This document shows positions 19,383 through 29,151 of a DNA stretch of 33,184 nt, in pieces. The translations under genes were made by a program, and so were the position numbers. The notes beneath the pieces are model-generated. The model was not told the DNA's origin, did no database searches, and saw only the letters and a program-made list of their open reading frames with translations. The number at the start of each line of letters is the position of its first letter. The stretch's first letter is position 1. This stretch comes from an uncultured Aquificales bacterium (GTDB taxonomy: Bacteria > Thermosulfidibacterota > Thermosulfidibacteria > Thermosulfidibacterales > Thermosulfidibacteraceae), in contig CAYVOC010000016.1 in the NCBI GenBank assembly GCA_964453345.1, positions 1 through 33,184 on the forward strand. Direction: 5' to 3'.

Positions 19383-20239
19383 CAAAGCACATCCAAAAGG
19401 GTGAAGATGAATACGGCCACGCTTAAATATCCGTTCATGTTGAAGAAGGCCACATCCAGCTTTGAGAGATCGTTTGGTTTTACCAGCGTGTGTTCGTAAA
19501 ACAGCAGGCATGCGGCCACCACAATGCCTGCGCAGAAGAAGGGTCCCAGATGGGCCACCTCCTTCACGGCTATGAGCAGCGCCACCGTTATTGTGTGGAA
19601 GATTCTTGCCACCCAGATGGATCTCTCTATCCCTAAGAAGCGGGGAATGGAGTATAGACCGTATCTTCTGTCAAAGTCTATGTCCTGAAGGGAGTAAAGT
19701 ATGTCGAATCCCGCAACCCAGAAGAGGACAGCCGCTCCGAGAAGCAGGGGGGGTGCCTCAATGTTTCCCTTGACCGCTATCCATGCCCCTATGGGGGCTA
19801 TGGCAAGGGCGAGTCCCAAGATGATGTGGGACGCCCAGGTGAACCTTTTGGTGTAGGAGTAGCCTGCGGTTATCAGTATGGCGATGGGGGAAAGGTAGAA
19901 GCACAGGGGATTCAGCATGTAGGCGGCAAGGACAAACACCGCATAGGATGCTATGCAAAAAAGCAGGGCGTGTTCCTTCTTTATTTCGCCCCTGGGTATG
20001 TGCCTGTCCTTGGTTCTGGGATTCAGGGCGTCTATCTCCGCGTCTGCCCAGCGGTTAAAGGCCATGGCCCCCGATCTTGCCCCTGCCATGGCCACCAGTA
20101 TCCAGAAGAGGGTTCTTCCGTCCGGGATTCCCTTCGCCGCTATGAGGGCGGATGTGAGGGCGAAGGGAAGGGCGAATACGGTGTGGGGGAACTTTATCAT
20201 GTCAAGTATCTTTTTTACGGTCTCTATCACTCTACCCAT
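19379..20239 (-). CDS. UbiA-family aromatic prenyltransferase (MqnP-like, futalosine menaquinone pathway)
   Basis: IKFPHTVFALPF, ARSGAMAFNRWADAEIDALNPRT, YSYTKRF, GFDILYSLQDIDFD, AFFNMNG; multiple transmembrane helices. Confidence 0.87.
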   Translation of the reverse strand: MGRVIETVKKILDMIKFPHTVFALPFALTSALIAAKGIPDGRTLFWILVAMAGARSGAMAFNRWADAEIDALNPRTKDRHIPRGEIKKEHALLFCIASYAVFVLAAYMLNPLCFYLSPIAILITAGYSYTKRFTWASHIILGLALAIAPIGAWIAVKGNIEAPPLLLGAAVLFWVAGFDILYSLQDIDFDRRYGLYSIPRFLGIERSIWVARIFHTITVALLIAVKEVAHLGPFFCAGIVVAACLLFYEHTLVKPNDLSKLDVAFFNMNGYLSVAVFIFTLLDVLC

Positions 20240-20643
20240 CTTATCTCTATCTCTCTGGTGTTTTCGTCTATGAAGCGTATGTCCACCTCTATCCTCGGCT
20301 TATAGCTTTTGAAGAACTCACTGTCCCTTTCCCACCACTCGACCGCTACGGCTCCCTCCTCCAGCATTTCGTCGAGATCCACATCCTCGCCGGGGAACCC
20401 CTCGAGCCGGTATAGATCCACGTGGAATAGGGGTATCCTTCCGCTATACCGGTTTACGATGGTGAAGGTGGGGCTTGTTACCACCTCCTTCACTCCCAGC
20501 CCCCTTGCAATCCCCTTGACGAACCGGGTCTTTCCCGCCCCAAGGTCCCCTGAAAGAAGAATGAGCGTTCCCCTATCTATCCTTCCGCTGAGTTTCTCTG
20601 CAACCTTCAGCGTCTCTTCTTCGCTTCTGGTTACGATTCCCAT
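20227..20643 (-). CDS. tsaE: tRNA t6A biosynthesis ATPase TsaE
   Basis: LSGDLGAGKT, VTSPTFTI, HVDLYRL, VEW. Confidence 0.95.
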   Translation of the reverse strand: MGIVTRSEEETLKVAEKLSGRIDRGTLILLSGDLGAGKTRFVKGIARGLGVKEVVTSPTFTIVNRYSGRIPLFHVDLYRLEGFPGEDVDLDEMLEEGAVAVEWWERDSEFFKSYKPRIEVDIRFIDENTREIEIRWVE

Positions 20644-20645
20644 CC

Positions 20646-21557
20646 TCAGCTCAAAAGCAGATAGAGTATGGCCATCCTCACGGCCACTCCGTTTGTGACC
20701 TGATCAAGGATGATATTTCTTGGATGCTCCATTACATCGGGAGACAGCTCCACTCCCCAGTTGACGGGGCCGGGGTGCATTATCAGCACATCGGGTCTGG
20801 CCCTCTGGAGCTTTTTGGCGTTGAGTCCGAAGAACCTGGAGTATTCCCTTATTGATGGGAACAATGGGGATTTCATGCGCTCCTTCTGTATCCTGAGCAT
20901 GATGATGACGTCCATGTCCTGGATCACGTGGTCTATGGAGTTGAAGCTTTCCACCCCGAGGGCCGAGACGTAGGGCGGGATCATGGTGGGGGGACCCACC
21001 ACAACGGGGTTTGCCCCCAGCTTCTTCAGGGCCAGAATGTCGGAGCGGGCCACCCTGCTGTGGGTTATATCGCCCACTATGGCAATGTTAAGCCCCTCTA
21101 TTTTTCCCTTTTTCTCCTTTATAGTGAATGTGTCCAGCAGCGCCTGGGATGGGTGTTCATGTTTACCGTCCCCTGCATTCACGATGGATGCCTTGCAGAA
21201 GCTTGCCATATACCATGGAGTCCCCTCGGCGCTGTGCCTCACCACTATGGCGTCAACCACCATGGCCTCTATGTTTCTCACGGTGTCCTTCAGGGTTTCC
21301 CCCTTGGACATGCTGCTTCCGCCGGACGAGAAGTTTATCACATCTGCAGATAGCCTTTTGGCGGCTATTTCGAAGGAGGTGCGGGTCCTGGTGCTCGGTT
21401 CAAAGAAGAGGTTGACCACGGTCTTCCCTCTGAGGGTGGGGACCTTTTTGACCTCCCTTGTTAGAACCTCCTTCATGGACTCCGCCGCCTCAAGGATTGC
21501 CTCTATCTCCTGGCGGGAGAGATCCTTTATTCCAAGAAGGTGTTTGTTTTTGAACAT
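20646..21557 (-). CDS. pyrB: Aspartate carbamoyltransferase catalytic subunit
   Basis: [46 protein letters not shown]. Confidence 0.96.
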   Translation of the reverse strand: MFKNKHLLGIKDLSRQEIEAILEAAESMKEVLTREVKKVPTLRGKTVVNLFFEPSTRTRTSFEIAAKRLSADVINFSSGGSSMSKGETLKDTVRNIEAMVVDAIVVRHSAEGTPWYMASFCKASIVNAGDGKHEHPSQALLDTFTIKEKKGKIEGLNIAIVGDITHSRVARSDILALKKLGANPVVVGPPTMIPPYVSALGVESFNSIDHVIQDMDVIIMLRIQKERMKSPLFPSIREYSRFFGLNAKKLQRARPDVLIMHPGPVNWGVELSPDVMEHPRNIILDQVTNGVAVRMAILYLLLS

Positions 21558-21570
21558 CTTTTTACCTCCC

Positions 21571-22101
21571 TCAGGCTATGCCTACGGCATCCTCCCCATC
21601 CAGCTCCTCGAGCAGCACCACCACGTTCTCGTCCCTTGAGGTGGGAATCACCTTGCCCACGTAATCCGGATGTATGGGAAGCTCCCTGTGTCCCCTGTCA
21701 ACGAGGACGGCGAGCTGGATGCAGGGGGGCCTTCCGTAATCCATTATGGCGTCTAAGGCCGCCCTCACCGTCCTTCCCGTGAAGATCACATCGTCAACGA
21801 TGATGATCTTGTTGCTGCTCACCTCGCACGGAATATGGGTTTTCCGGACTATGGGAACCGTGTTTATCAGGCTCAGATCGTCCCTGTAGAGGGTTATGTC
21901 CAGGGCTCCCACGGGAACCTTGCGGTTCTCTATCTCCTCGAGCATCCTGGAGAGCCTTTCTGCAAGTATATCCCCCCTTCTTCTTATTCCCACGAGGCAC
22001 AGGTTCTCAACGCCCTTGTTTTTTTCAACGATCTCGTGGGCCATGCGCCTCAAGGTCCTTTCTATTTCGCTTTTGTCCATCAGAAGCTTTTTAAGCTTCA
22101 T
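21571..22101 (-). CDS. pyrR: Bifunctional pyrimidine regulator / uracil phosphoribosyltransferase PyrR
   Basis: [34 protein letters not shown]. Confidence 0.95.
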   Translation of the reverse strand: MKLKKLLMDKSEIERTLRRMAHEIVEKNKGVENLCLVGIRRRGDILAERLSRMLEEIENRKVPVGALDITLYRDDLSLINTVPIVRKTHIPCEVSSNKIIIVDDVIFTGRTVRAALDAIMDYGRPPCIQLAVLVDRGHRELPIHPDYVGKVIPTSRDENVVVLLEELDGEDAVGIA

Positions 22102-23675
22102 CTGAAGGCCTCCCAGAGCTTCTGGTTAAGCTTGATCTCGGCCCTTCTCCTTATCTGCTGGAGGAACCTGCTCCAGACCTCCTCCCTTTTGGAGGCAAGT
22201 ATGAAGGGCTCAAGCTCCTTCGCCTTTTTCTCTATCTCCTTTTCGGGCGGCTGCTTCACCTTTTCAACTTCAAATACTATCAGCTTGCCCTTCTCCAAGG
22301 CAAATCCCTTGCTCTTGGGGGACATCTGCAGGGCCTTGTCGGCCACGATCCTGTAGGTGTCGTTGTCTATCTTCAGGCCCTTTCTGCTGAAGAAATCAGA
22401 CTCAGCAATCTTGTATTTTAGCCCCTTTGCCTTGACAATCTCTTTGAGGGTGCCCTTTTGAGAAATTATCTCTTTTGCCCACTTCTGGGCTGCCTGGGGA
22501 GCCTTCTCAACTTTGAGCCTCTGGATAACCTCGGGCTTGACCTCCTCAAAGGAGGGGATGCGGGAGGGTATTCTCCTTGTGACGAGCACGATGAAGAAGC
22601 CCTTGTCCGTTCTTATGACGTCTGTGGGCTTGTCCTCCGGGGCCTTGAGGGCCTCCTCTATGACCTTTCTGGGAAGCTTTATGTTGGATACGGGCTGAAG
22701 GTTTACCTTCTCTATCTTCAGCCCCTCCCTTTTGCAGATCAGCTCCATGGTGCTCTTTTCCATCTCCCTTTTGAGCCTTATGGCGTATTTCAGAGCCTCC
22801 TTTCTGGCCTTCTCTTTTTTGAGGCGCTTCACAACCTCGTCCTTCACCTTATCGAGGGGTTTGATCTTTCCCTTTTTGTCCACAAAGAGATCCTGGTTTT
22901 CCCTGTAGAACTTTTCTATCTCCTCCTGGGTTATGAGTATCTTCTTGGTGAAGCTTTCAGGCTTTATGACCACATACTCAAGCTCAAGCTGGGGTTCTGT
23001 TCTGAATAGCTCCTTGTGCTTTTCGTAGTATTCCTTGGCTTCCTTCTCGCTCACCTCTGCCATGGAGCTGAAATCGGACAGATCCGCCACAAAGTAGGCA
23101 ATTTTGGCCTCCTGCAGCATCCTCAGGGCCAGAAGCTTCGCCTCTTCGGGGTTTACCACAACCGCCGATTTGACTATGCCCTCAAGCTTCTTCCTCAGTA
23201 TCTCGTTGTATAGCTCCTTTTCAAACTCCACAGGGGTGTAGCCGTTCAGTCTGAGCACCTGTTTGTATCTTTCTTTGTTGAATTTGCCGTTTACCTGAAA
23301 GGCTTTCACGCTCGCCAAGGCCTCCGCCACCTCTTGCGGGGAGACCGTGAGCCCCTCCTTGAGGGCCACATCCAGAATCACCGCCTTGTCCACCAGCATG
23401 GACAGGGCCTGCTCCTTGAGCCTGAGCTGTTTTGCAAGCTCCATGGAGAACTTGCCCTTGTAGACGCTTCTATAGAAGTTGAGGACCCTGTTGTAGGCCC
23501 TTTCAAACTCCGGAAGGCTTATCTCCACCTCTCCCACCTTGGCCACATAGTTGCCTCCCAGTCCCGTCAGGGAGCCCCTTCCCCAGACCAGGAAGATGGT
23601 TCCCACAAAGGCGGCAACAATTATCCAGAGGACTATGCTGAACTTTTTGATGTTGCGCTGTATGTAGCCTACCAT
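22098..23675 (-). CDS. ppiD: PpiD-like membrane-anchored periplasmic chaperone (SurA_N plus degenerate rotamase)
   Basis: N-terminal anchor [51 protein letters not shown]. Confidence 0.82.
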   Translation of the reverse strand: MVGYIQRNIKKFSIVLWIIVAAFVGTIFLVWGRGSLTGLGGNYVAKVGEVEISLPEFERAYNRVLNFYRSVYKGKFSMELAKQLRLKEQALSMLVDKAVILDVALKEGLTVSPQEVAEALASVKAFQVNGKFNKERYKQVLRLNGYTPVEFEKELYNEILRKKLEGIVKSAVVVNPEEAKLLALRMLQEAKIAYFVADLSDFSSMAEVSEKEAKEYYEKHKELFRTEPQLELEYVVIKPESFTKKILITQEEIEKFYRENQDLFVDKKGKIKPLDKVKDEVVKRLKKEKARKEALKYAIRLKREMEKSTMELICKREGLKIEKVNLQPVSNIKLPRKVIEEALKAPEDKPTDVIRTDKGFFIVLVTRRIPSRIPSFEEVKPEVIQRLKVEKAPQAAQKWAKEIISQKGTLKEIVKAKGLKYKIAESDFFSRKGLKIDNDTYRIVADKALQMSPKSKGFALEKGKLIVFEVEKVKQPPEKEIEKKAKELEPFILASKREEVWSRFLQQIRRRAEIKLNQKLWEAFR

Positions 23676-23711
23676 TCCCGATCCTCCCGCACTTTTTTGC
23701 CAGCTAAAGCT

Positions 23712-23759
23712 TTTATACAGGTTGGGGGTATTTACTCAACCCTTGGGCTGTGAAAGATT
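23712..23759. promoter_or_regulatory. Back-to-back promoters for ppiD (-) and hemH (+)
   Basis: Minus: TTGAGT (23739-23734), N16, TATAAA (23717-23712). Plus: TTTACT (23731-23736), N14, TG-A, AAGATT (23754-23759). Confidence 0.4.
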
Positions 23760-23769
23760 AGAGGGTGTC

Positions 23770-24669
23770 ATGGTCTATGTGCTTGCCAATACGGGTGGTG
23801 TGAAGGGCTTTCGGGAGTATGTGGGCTTTTTGTTCAGGATGTTTTCGGATAGAAATATTCTGCCCCTGCCGTCGGGGGTGAGACAGTCTGCGGCCTCAGC
23901 CATAGCGCTTCTGCGGGCCCCCTTTGTTTACAAAAAATACAGGCTCATCGGCGGCTCTCCCTTGGTGGATCAGATGAGGGTGCAGGCGCATCTTCTCGAG
24001 GGGATTGTGAAGGAGAAAGTGTATGTGGGCTGTTTATACACAAGGCCTTTTCTGTCGGATCTACTTAAAGGTCTTGATGATCTGGATGTTTCCGTTATTC
24101 CCATGTATCCCCACTATTCGGTTACCACAACGGGATCCGTTGTTGATGTGGTGAAAGGCTGCAGGGGATGGCGCAGGGTGAGGCTTTTGAGGGGATACGG
24201 GGATCACCCTCTCTTCGTTGAGGCCTGGGCCGAGGCCATAGAGGAGATATACGGTGGGGAGTATCTTCTCTTTGTGGCCCACGGGGTTCCGGTTAATGTT
24301 GCAGTCAGGGACGGCTACTACCGGGAGGTTTTGAGAAGTTGCAGGTTGATAGCGGAGGCCGTTGGCGTGGAAGAATACAGGGTGGCCTTTCAGAGCAGGA
24401 TAGGACCCGTTGAGTGGGTGAAGCCCTATGTGGAGGATGTTCTTGCGGACCTTGCCGCCCATGGGGTTGATGGGGTGCTCGTTGTTCCTGTAAGCTTTCT
24501 TAACGAGCATCTGGAGACCCTTTACGACGTGGACATTGAGATGAGGGGGCTTGCCGAGGAACTTGGCATAGGCCATTTCAAGAGGGTCAGGGTCCCCTGG
24601 AGCAGTGAGAAGATACTCAGATGCTGGCTGGAGGCGCTAAAGGAGGATGAGCGTTGTATGATGTTGTAG
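23770..24669 (+). CDS. hemH: Ferrochelatase (proto- or coproporphyrin)
   Basis: GGSPL, YTRPF, PMYPHYSVTTTGS, AHG, FQSRIGP-EW-KP, EHLETLYD; start set at ATG 23770 (SD GAGGG). Confidence 0.9.
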   Translation: MVYVLANTGGVKGFREYVGFLFRMFSDRNILPLPSGVRQSAASAIALLRAPFVYKKYRLIGGSPLVDQMRVQAHLLEGIVKEKVYVGCLYTRPFLSDLLKGLDDLDVSVIPMYPHYSVTTTGSVVDVVKGCRGWRRVRLLRGYGDHPLFVEAWAEAIEEIYGGEYLLFVAHGVPVNVAVRDGYYREVLRSCRLIAEAVGVEEYRVAFQSRIGPVEWVKPYVEDVLADLAAHGVDGVLVVPVSFLNEHLETLYDVDIEMRGLAEELGIGHFKRVRVPWSSEKILRCWLEALKEDERCMML

Positions 24670-26030
24670 TTGTGGGGGGCGGGATATCCGGGCTTTCGGT
24701 AGCCTATTTTCTTAGCAAAAGGGGACTAAGAGTTCTTCTACTGGAGAAGGAGAAAAGATTCGGGGGGAAGATTAGAACCGTCAGGGAGGATGGTTACACG
24801 GTTGAGGCCGGTCCCAACGCCTTTTTGAGCAGCAAACCCCATGCGGCCCATCTTGCTGAGGAGCTGGGCATCGGTGATAGGGTGTGTGAGGCCAATCAAA
24901 GGGCAAACCGCAGGTTTCTCTTTGTCAACGGCAGACTTGTTGAGATACCGGTGACCCCCGGGGCCTTTTTCAAAACGGAGCTTGTCTCTTTGAGGGCCAA
25001 ACTCAGATTGCTTCTGGAGCCTTTTATACCCAAGGGTGAGTCCGAGGATGAGACGGTGGCCTCCTTTGTCACCAGAAGGCTGGGGAGGGAGTTCCTCAGG
25101 GCCTTTGTGGATCCCATGGCTTCGGGTATCTACGCCGGGGTTCCGGAAAGGATGAGCATGAGGGCCGCCTTTCCCCTCGTGTGGAGGCTTGAGAGGGAGC
25201 ACGGAAGCCTTATAAGGGGTATGCTCAAACTTGCCTTGGTTAGGAAGGGAAGAGGTGAATCCGGTCCTGCGGGCGGGGGAAGGCTTCTGAGCTTTCTGGG
25301 AGGGGTCGGTGAGCTTGTGGAGGCCTTGGAGTCCTGCTTGCGGGAAAGGGTTGACATGAGGCTTTCTACCCCGGCCAGATTGTTTCCTGTGTCGGGAGGC
25401 TGGGTGGTTGAGTATGGAACGGAAGCGGCCTTTGCGAGGGCTGCTGTTGTATCCACCCCCGCCTACGCCGTGGGCGCCGTGGTTGATGGTTTGAAGGAGC
25501 TGGGGCTTCTCGCCAAAAGAATAGAGTATGCCCCCATAGCCGTTGTCGCTCTGGGATTCAGAAGGGAGGATGTTGGACATCCCCTTGATGGTTTTGGTTT
25601 TCTGGTTGCAAGGGATGAGGGGATGTTGACCTTGGGGGTTTTGTGGGATTCAAGCATATTTCCGAACAGGGCGCCCGGGGAGAGGGTGCTGATGAGGGTT
25701 ATGCTGGGGGGTGCGCGCAATCCCGTTGTGGCGGAGCTGGACGAGGAAGAACTTTATCAGAGGGCCCTTGAGGAGGTGGGAGGCATACTGGACTTCAGAT
25801 CCGAACCGGAGAGGGTGTGGATCTTTAAATACGATAGGGGGATACCCCAGTATGGAATGGGGCATGCGGATCTGGTTGACAGAATGGAGGGCATTGCCGA
25901 AGCCAAGGGCCTGTTTCTGCACAGCAATGCCTACAGGGGCGTGGGCTTCAGCGATTGCATAGGGAACGCTGCCCTGGTGGCTGACAAAGTTGTGAGGTAT
26001 TTGGGTTATGGTGGTGATAGCCATAGCTAA
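24654..26030 (+). CDS. hemY: FAD-dependent protoporphyrinogen/coproporphyrinogen oxidase (HemY/CgoX type)
   Basis: [47 protein letters not shown] start after SD AAGGAGG. Confidence 0.92.
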   Translation: MYDVVVVGGGISGLSVAYFLSKRGLRVLLLEKEKRFGGKIRTVREDGYTVEAGPNAFLSSKPHAAHLAEELGIGDRVCEANQRANRRFLFVNGRLVEIPVTPGAFFKTELVSLRAKLRLLLEPFIPKGESEDETVASFVTRRLGREFLRAFVDPMASGIYAGVPERMSMRAAFPLVWRLEREHGSLIRGMLKLALVRKGRGESGPAGGGRLLSFLGGVGELVEALESCLRERVDMRLSTPARLFPVSGGWVVEYGTEAAFARAAVVSTPAYAVGAVVDGLKELGLLAKRIEYAPIAVVALGFRREDVGHPLDGFGFLVARDEGMLTLGVLWDSSIFPNRAPGERVLMRVMLGGARNPVVAELDEEELYQRALEEVGGILDFRSEPERVWIFKYDRGIPQYGMGHADLVDRMEGIAEAKGLFLHSNAYRGVGFSDCIGNAALVADKVVRYLGYGGDSHS

Positions 26031-26778
26031 CCAGAAGGGTGGTGTGGGAAAGACCACAACGGCGGTGAACCTTGCCTCTTACCTTGCCGCGTCTGGACGC
26101 AAGATCCTTCTCGTTGATCTTGATCCCCAGGGCAATGCATCAAGCGGCTTGGGGATCATTCCCAGAAGGGGGATGCCCAGCAGTTATAATCTCATCATGG
26201 GCGGGACCGAACTTTCGGCGCTGCTTAAGGAGACCAAGGTTCCCAATCTGTGGCTTATCCCCGCCAGCATAGATCTGGTGGGTTGTGATATAGAGCTTGC
26301 CGACAAACAGGGGCGGGAGTTCAGGCTCAGGGAGTCTCTTAAGGGGTTTGAGGAGAGATTTGATATATGCGTGGTTGATTGCCCCCCCTCCCTCGGGATA
26401 CTTACGGTGAACGCTCTTGTTGCCTGTAGGTGGGTTATAGTGCCGGTGCAGTGCGAATACTACGCTCTTGAGGGGCTTGCAAAGCTTTTAAACACCATAG
26501 AGCTTGTGAGAAGCAGGTTCAATCCGGATATTGAGATAGCGGGTTTCCTCATGACCATGTATGATCCAAGAACGAGGCTTTCCCGTGAGATAGTGGCCGA
26601 AATAAGAAAACATTTTGGTGATAAGTGCTTTTACACCATCATCCCGAGGAACGTGAGGCTGTGTGAGGCTCCCAGCTACGGGCTTCCAATACTTCTTTAC
26701 GATGCCAAGTCCACGGGGGCCATGGCCTACAAAAAATTTGCGAAAGAGGTGCTCAGAAGATGCGCAAGGGCAGGTTAG
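26008..26778 (+). CDS. parA: Chromosome partitioning ATPase ParA/Soj
   Basis: [49 protein letters not shown]. Confidence 0.96.
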   Translation: MVVIAIANQKGGVGKTTTAVNLASYLAASGRKILLVDLDPQGNASSGLGIIPRRGMPSSYNLIMGGTELSALLKETKVPNLWLIPASIDLVGCDIELADKQGREFRLRESLKGFEERFDICVVDCPPSLGILTVNALVACRWVIVPVQCEYYALEGLAKLLNTIELVRSRFNPDIEIAGFLMTMYDPRTRLSREIVAEIRKHFGDKCFYTIIPRNVRLCEAPSYGLPILLYDAKSTGAMAYKKFAKEVLRRCARAG

Positions 26779-27551
26779 GCAGGGGGCTGGAAGCCCTTTT
26801 GGGAGACGGAGTGGTTGATAGGGGGAGTTATCGCTTGGTGCCCGTGGAGTCTTTGAGGCCCAAGGAGGATCAGCCGAGGCTGAACGCCGAAGAGGGCATA
26901 GAGGAGCTGGTGGAGTCTGTGAAGAGACACGGGGTGCTGCAGCCCATACTGGTTGTGGAAAAAGAGGGATCCTATTTGATAGTTGCTGGTGAAAGGCGCT
27001 GGCTTGCCGCAAAGAGGGCGGGTTTGAAGGAGGTGCCCGTTGTCGTGGGAGACTGGAGCGATAGGGACATCGCTATTCTTGCCATAGTGGAGAACGTGCA
27101 GAGGAAGGATCTCAACCCCATTGAGGAGGCTGTATACTACAAGAGGCTGTCGGAGGAATACGGATACACACAAGAAGAGATGGCCGCCCTTACCGGCAAA
27201 AGCAGGGCGCATATCGCCAACATCATGAGAATCTTAAAACTTCCGGATGAGGTCATATCCGCCCTGAAGGATGGAAGGATAACCTTGGGGCACGCCAAGG
27301 CTCTGCTATCCTTGGAGGATGAGTCCTCGATCCTTGAGGCCTTCAGGGAGGTCGTGAGCAAGGGGTTGAGTGTCAGACAGACCGAGGAGCTGGTTAGGAG
27401 CATGCGCTCCCGAAACAGGGATCAGCGTGTATTTTTCCTGAAGCCCTATAATCTCAAAGTAAAGATAATTCACGGTAGGAAAACTTCAAAAGCAGTTATA
27501 CAGGGCAAAAGAGAGGATCTGGAAAAATTTTTGTCAAGTCTGGAATCTTGA
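26760..27551 (+). CDS. parB: Chromosome partitioning protein ParB/Spo0J
   Basis: [48 protein letters not shown]. Confidence 0.95.
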   Translation: MRKGRLGRGLEALLGDGVVDRGSYRLVPVESLRPKEDQPRLNAEEGIEELVESVKRHGVLQPILVVEKEGSYLIVAGERRWLAAKRAGLKEVPVVVGDWSDRDIAILAIVENVQRKDLNPIEEAVYYKRLSEEYGYTQEEMAALTGKSRAHIANIMRILKLPDEVISALKDGRITLGHAKALLSLEDESSILEAFREVVSKGLSVRQTEELVRSMRSRNRDQRVFFLKPYNLKVKIIHGRKTSKAVIQGKREDLEKFLSSLES

Positions 27552-27576
27552 CTTGCCCTCCCTTTCCTGTTAGTCA
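27548..27576 (+). promoter_or_regulatory. Putative promoter of the atp operon
   Basis: TTGACT (27548-27553), N14, TG-T, TAGTCA (27571-27576). Confidence 0.55.
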
Positions 27577-27612
27577 GACAACGGGCTTCACACAAAGCGG
27601 GTGGAGGTGCCT

Positions 27613-28050
27613 ATGATCTCGCTGAACTATACCATACTTATTCAGCTGGTGATGTTTGTAGCCCTTGTCCTCATCCTCAACAAGATCCTCTATCAGCCCA
27701 TCTTCAGGATTATGGATGAAAGAAGAAGGCTCATCGACGGAAATCTTGAGGAGGCGGAGAGGCTGAACAGGGAGGCACAGAAGGCCTTAGAGGAGTATGA
27801 GAAGGCCCTTGTTGAGGCCCGTCAGAAGGCGGTTAAGATGGTGAACGAGGCCAAGGCGAAGGCCCTTGAGGAGCAGAGGGAGGCCCTTGCCAGCGTGAGG
27901 AGAGAGTTCGAGCAGACCATGGCGGAGCTGAAGGAAAGACTGGCCAAGGAAGAGGAGGAGGCCCGCAAAAAGCTCCGTCAGACGGTCAATGTCCTTGCCA
28001 TACTCATTGCGGAAAAGATTCTGGGCAGAAGATTGGAGGAGAGGGTATGA
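27613..28050 (+). CDS. atpF: ATP synthase Fo subunit b'
   Basis: N-terminal TM helix, LNKILYQPI...RR, long Ala/Glu coiled coil, KILGR; ATG 27613 follows SD GGAGGT. Confidence 0.9.
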   Translation: MISLNYTILIQLVMFVALVLILNKILYQPIFRIMDERRRLIDGNLEEAERLNREAQKALEEYEKALVEARQKAVKMVNEAKAKALEEQREALASVRREFEQTMAELKERLAKEEEEARKKLRQTVNVLAILIAEKILGRRLEERV

Positions 28051-28607
28051 GAAGGGCGCTTTTATCCATAGCTTTGCTCTGTTTGTGGGTTGGGTTGGCC
28101 ATCGCTTCCGAGGGTGCTCATCACCAGGTTGATCCCAAGATGGAGATCTTCAGGATAATAAACTTCCTCATCTTTCTGGCCATTCTCTGGAAGTTCGCCG
28201 GAAATGCAGTTAAAAACTACTTTTCGCAGCGTTCGGAGCAGATAGCCAAGGCCATAGATGAAGCCAAGAAGGCCAGGGAGGAAGCGGAGGCCAGGTATTC
28301 AGAGGCAAAGGCGAAGGTGGCCAACCTTGAAAAGGAGATAGAGCAGATCCTCAAGAACGCCGAAAGGGAGAGGGATGAGCAGGTTGCCCGCATAAGGGAG
28401 GAGACCCAGCGCATGGTTGAGCGCATGAGGCAGCAGACCAAGACCGCCGTTGAGCTTGAGGTGGAGAGGGCCAAGCTGGAGTTGCAAAGAGAGGCCATTG
28501 ATCTTGCTGTTGAGGTGGCGGAGAAGCTCCTGAAGGAGAAGATAACCCCTGAAGATCAGAAAAGACTCCTTGAGGATTACATAAATAAGGTGAAAGAGGT
28601 TCACTGA
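28047..28607 (+). CDS. atpF: ATP synthase Fo subunit b, with an N-terminal signal-like extension
   Basis: [17 protein letters not shown] helix, R..QI, coiled coil, AEKLL...[10 protein letters not shown]. Confidence 0.9.
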   Translation: MRRALLSIALLCLWVGLAIASEGAHHQVDPKMEIFRIINFLIFLAILWKFAGNAVKNYFSQRSEQIAKAIDEAKKAREEAEARYSEAKAKVANLEKEIEQILKNAERERDEQVARIREETQRMVERMRQQTKTAVELEVERAKLELQREAIDLAVEVAEKLLKEKITPEDQKRLLEDYINKVKEVH

Positions 28608-29146
28608 TGAGGATACTGGCCAAAAGATACGCAAAGGCTCTGGCTCTTTTGTGTAAGGATAAGGGTTATGATTTTGAGGAGGTTTACAGGCTTTTAAAGG
28701 AGTTCTCGGCTTCTCTTTTGCAGGATGAGGTTTTCTACAGGTATCTTTCCAGTCCCACAACCTCTCAGAGGGAGAGGCTGGAGGCGGCCAAAGAATACGT
28801 CTCAAAGCTTGATCTGCCAGAGTATCTCAAAAACTTCTTCCTGCTTCTTGTGGAGAAAAACAGAGTCCCGGTTCTGCCCCTGATTGTGAGCTGTTTCAGG
28901 GAGATAGTTGATGAGATGCTCGGACAGGTCAGGGGTGTGCTGAAGGTCGCTGCTCCCATATCTGATGAAGAGAAAAAGGAGCTTGAGGAGATCTTTGCGG
29001 AGAGGGTTGGAAAAAGGGTGGTTCTTGAGGTTGAGGAGGATCCGGCCCTTATAGGCGGTGCCGTTGCCTACATAGGCGGGATGGTCTTTGACGGCAGCGT
29101 AAAGGGAAATCTACTTAGCATAAAAGAAAAGCTTATAGAGAGGTGA
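28607..29146 (+). CDS. atpH: ATP synthase F1 delta subunit
   Basis: [32 protein letters not shown]. Confidence 0.94.
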   Translation: MRILAKRYAKALALLCKDKGYDFEEVYRLLKEFSASLLQDEVFYRYLSSPTTSQRERLEAAKEYVSKLDLPEYLKNFFLLLVEKNRVPVLPLIVSCFREIVDEMLGQVRGVLKVAAPISDEEKKELEEIFAERVGKRVVLEVEEDPALIGGAVAYIGGMVFDGSVKGNLLSIKEKLIER

Positions 29147-29151
29147 GAGGG

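Noticed and set aside
19379..20239. Prenyltransferase acting with paaK/iorA as a prenylated-aromatic biosynthetic cluster
   Set aside because: It looks like a housekeeping MqnP/UbiA, overlaps tsaE, and paaK appears to have its own promoter.
20644..20648. TGA readthrough or selenocysteine at the end of pyrB
   Set aside because: PyrB is already full length and tsaE starts 2 nt later in a different frame.
26008..27612. parS site or oriC near parAB
   Set aside because: I saw no TGTTTCACGTGAAACA-like palindrome or DnaA-box cluster by eye, and the intergenic spaces are too short; a motif scan would be needed to exclude degenerate sites.
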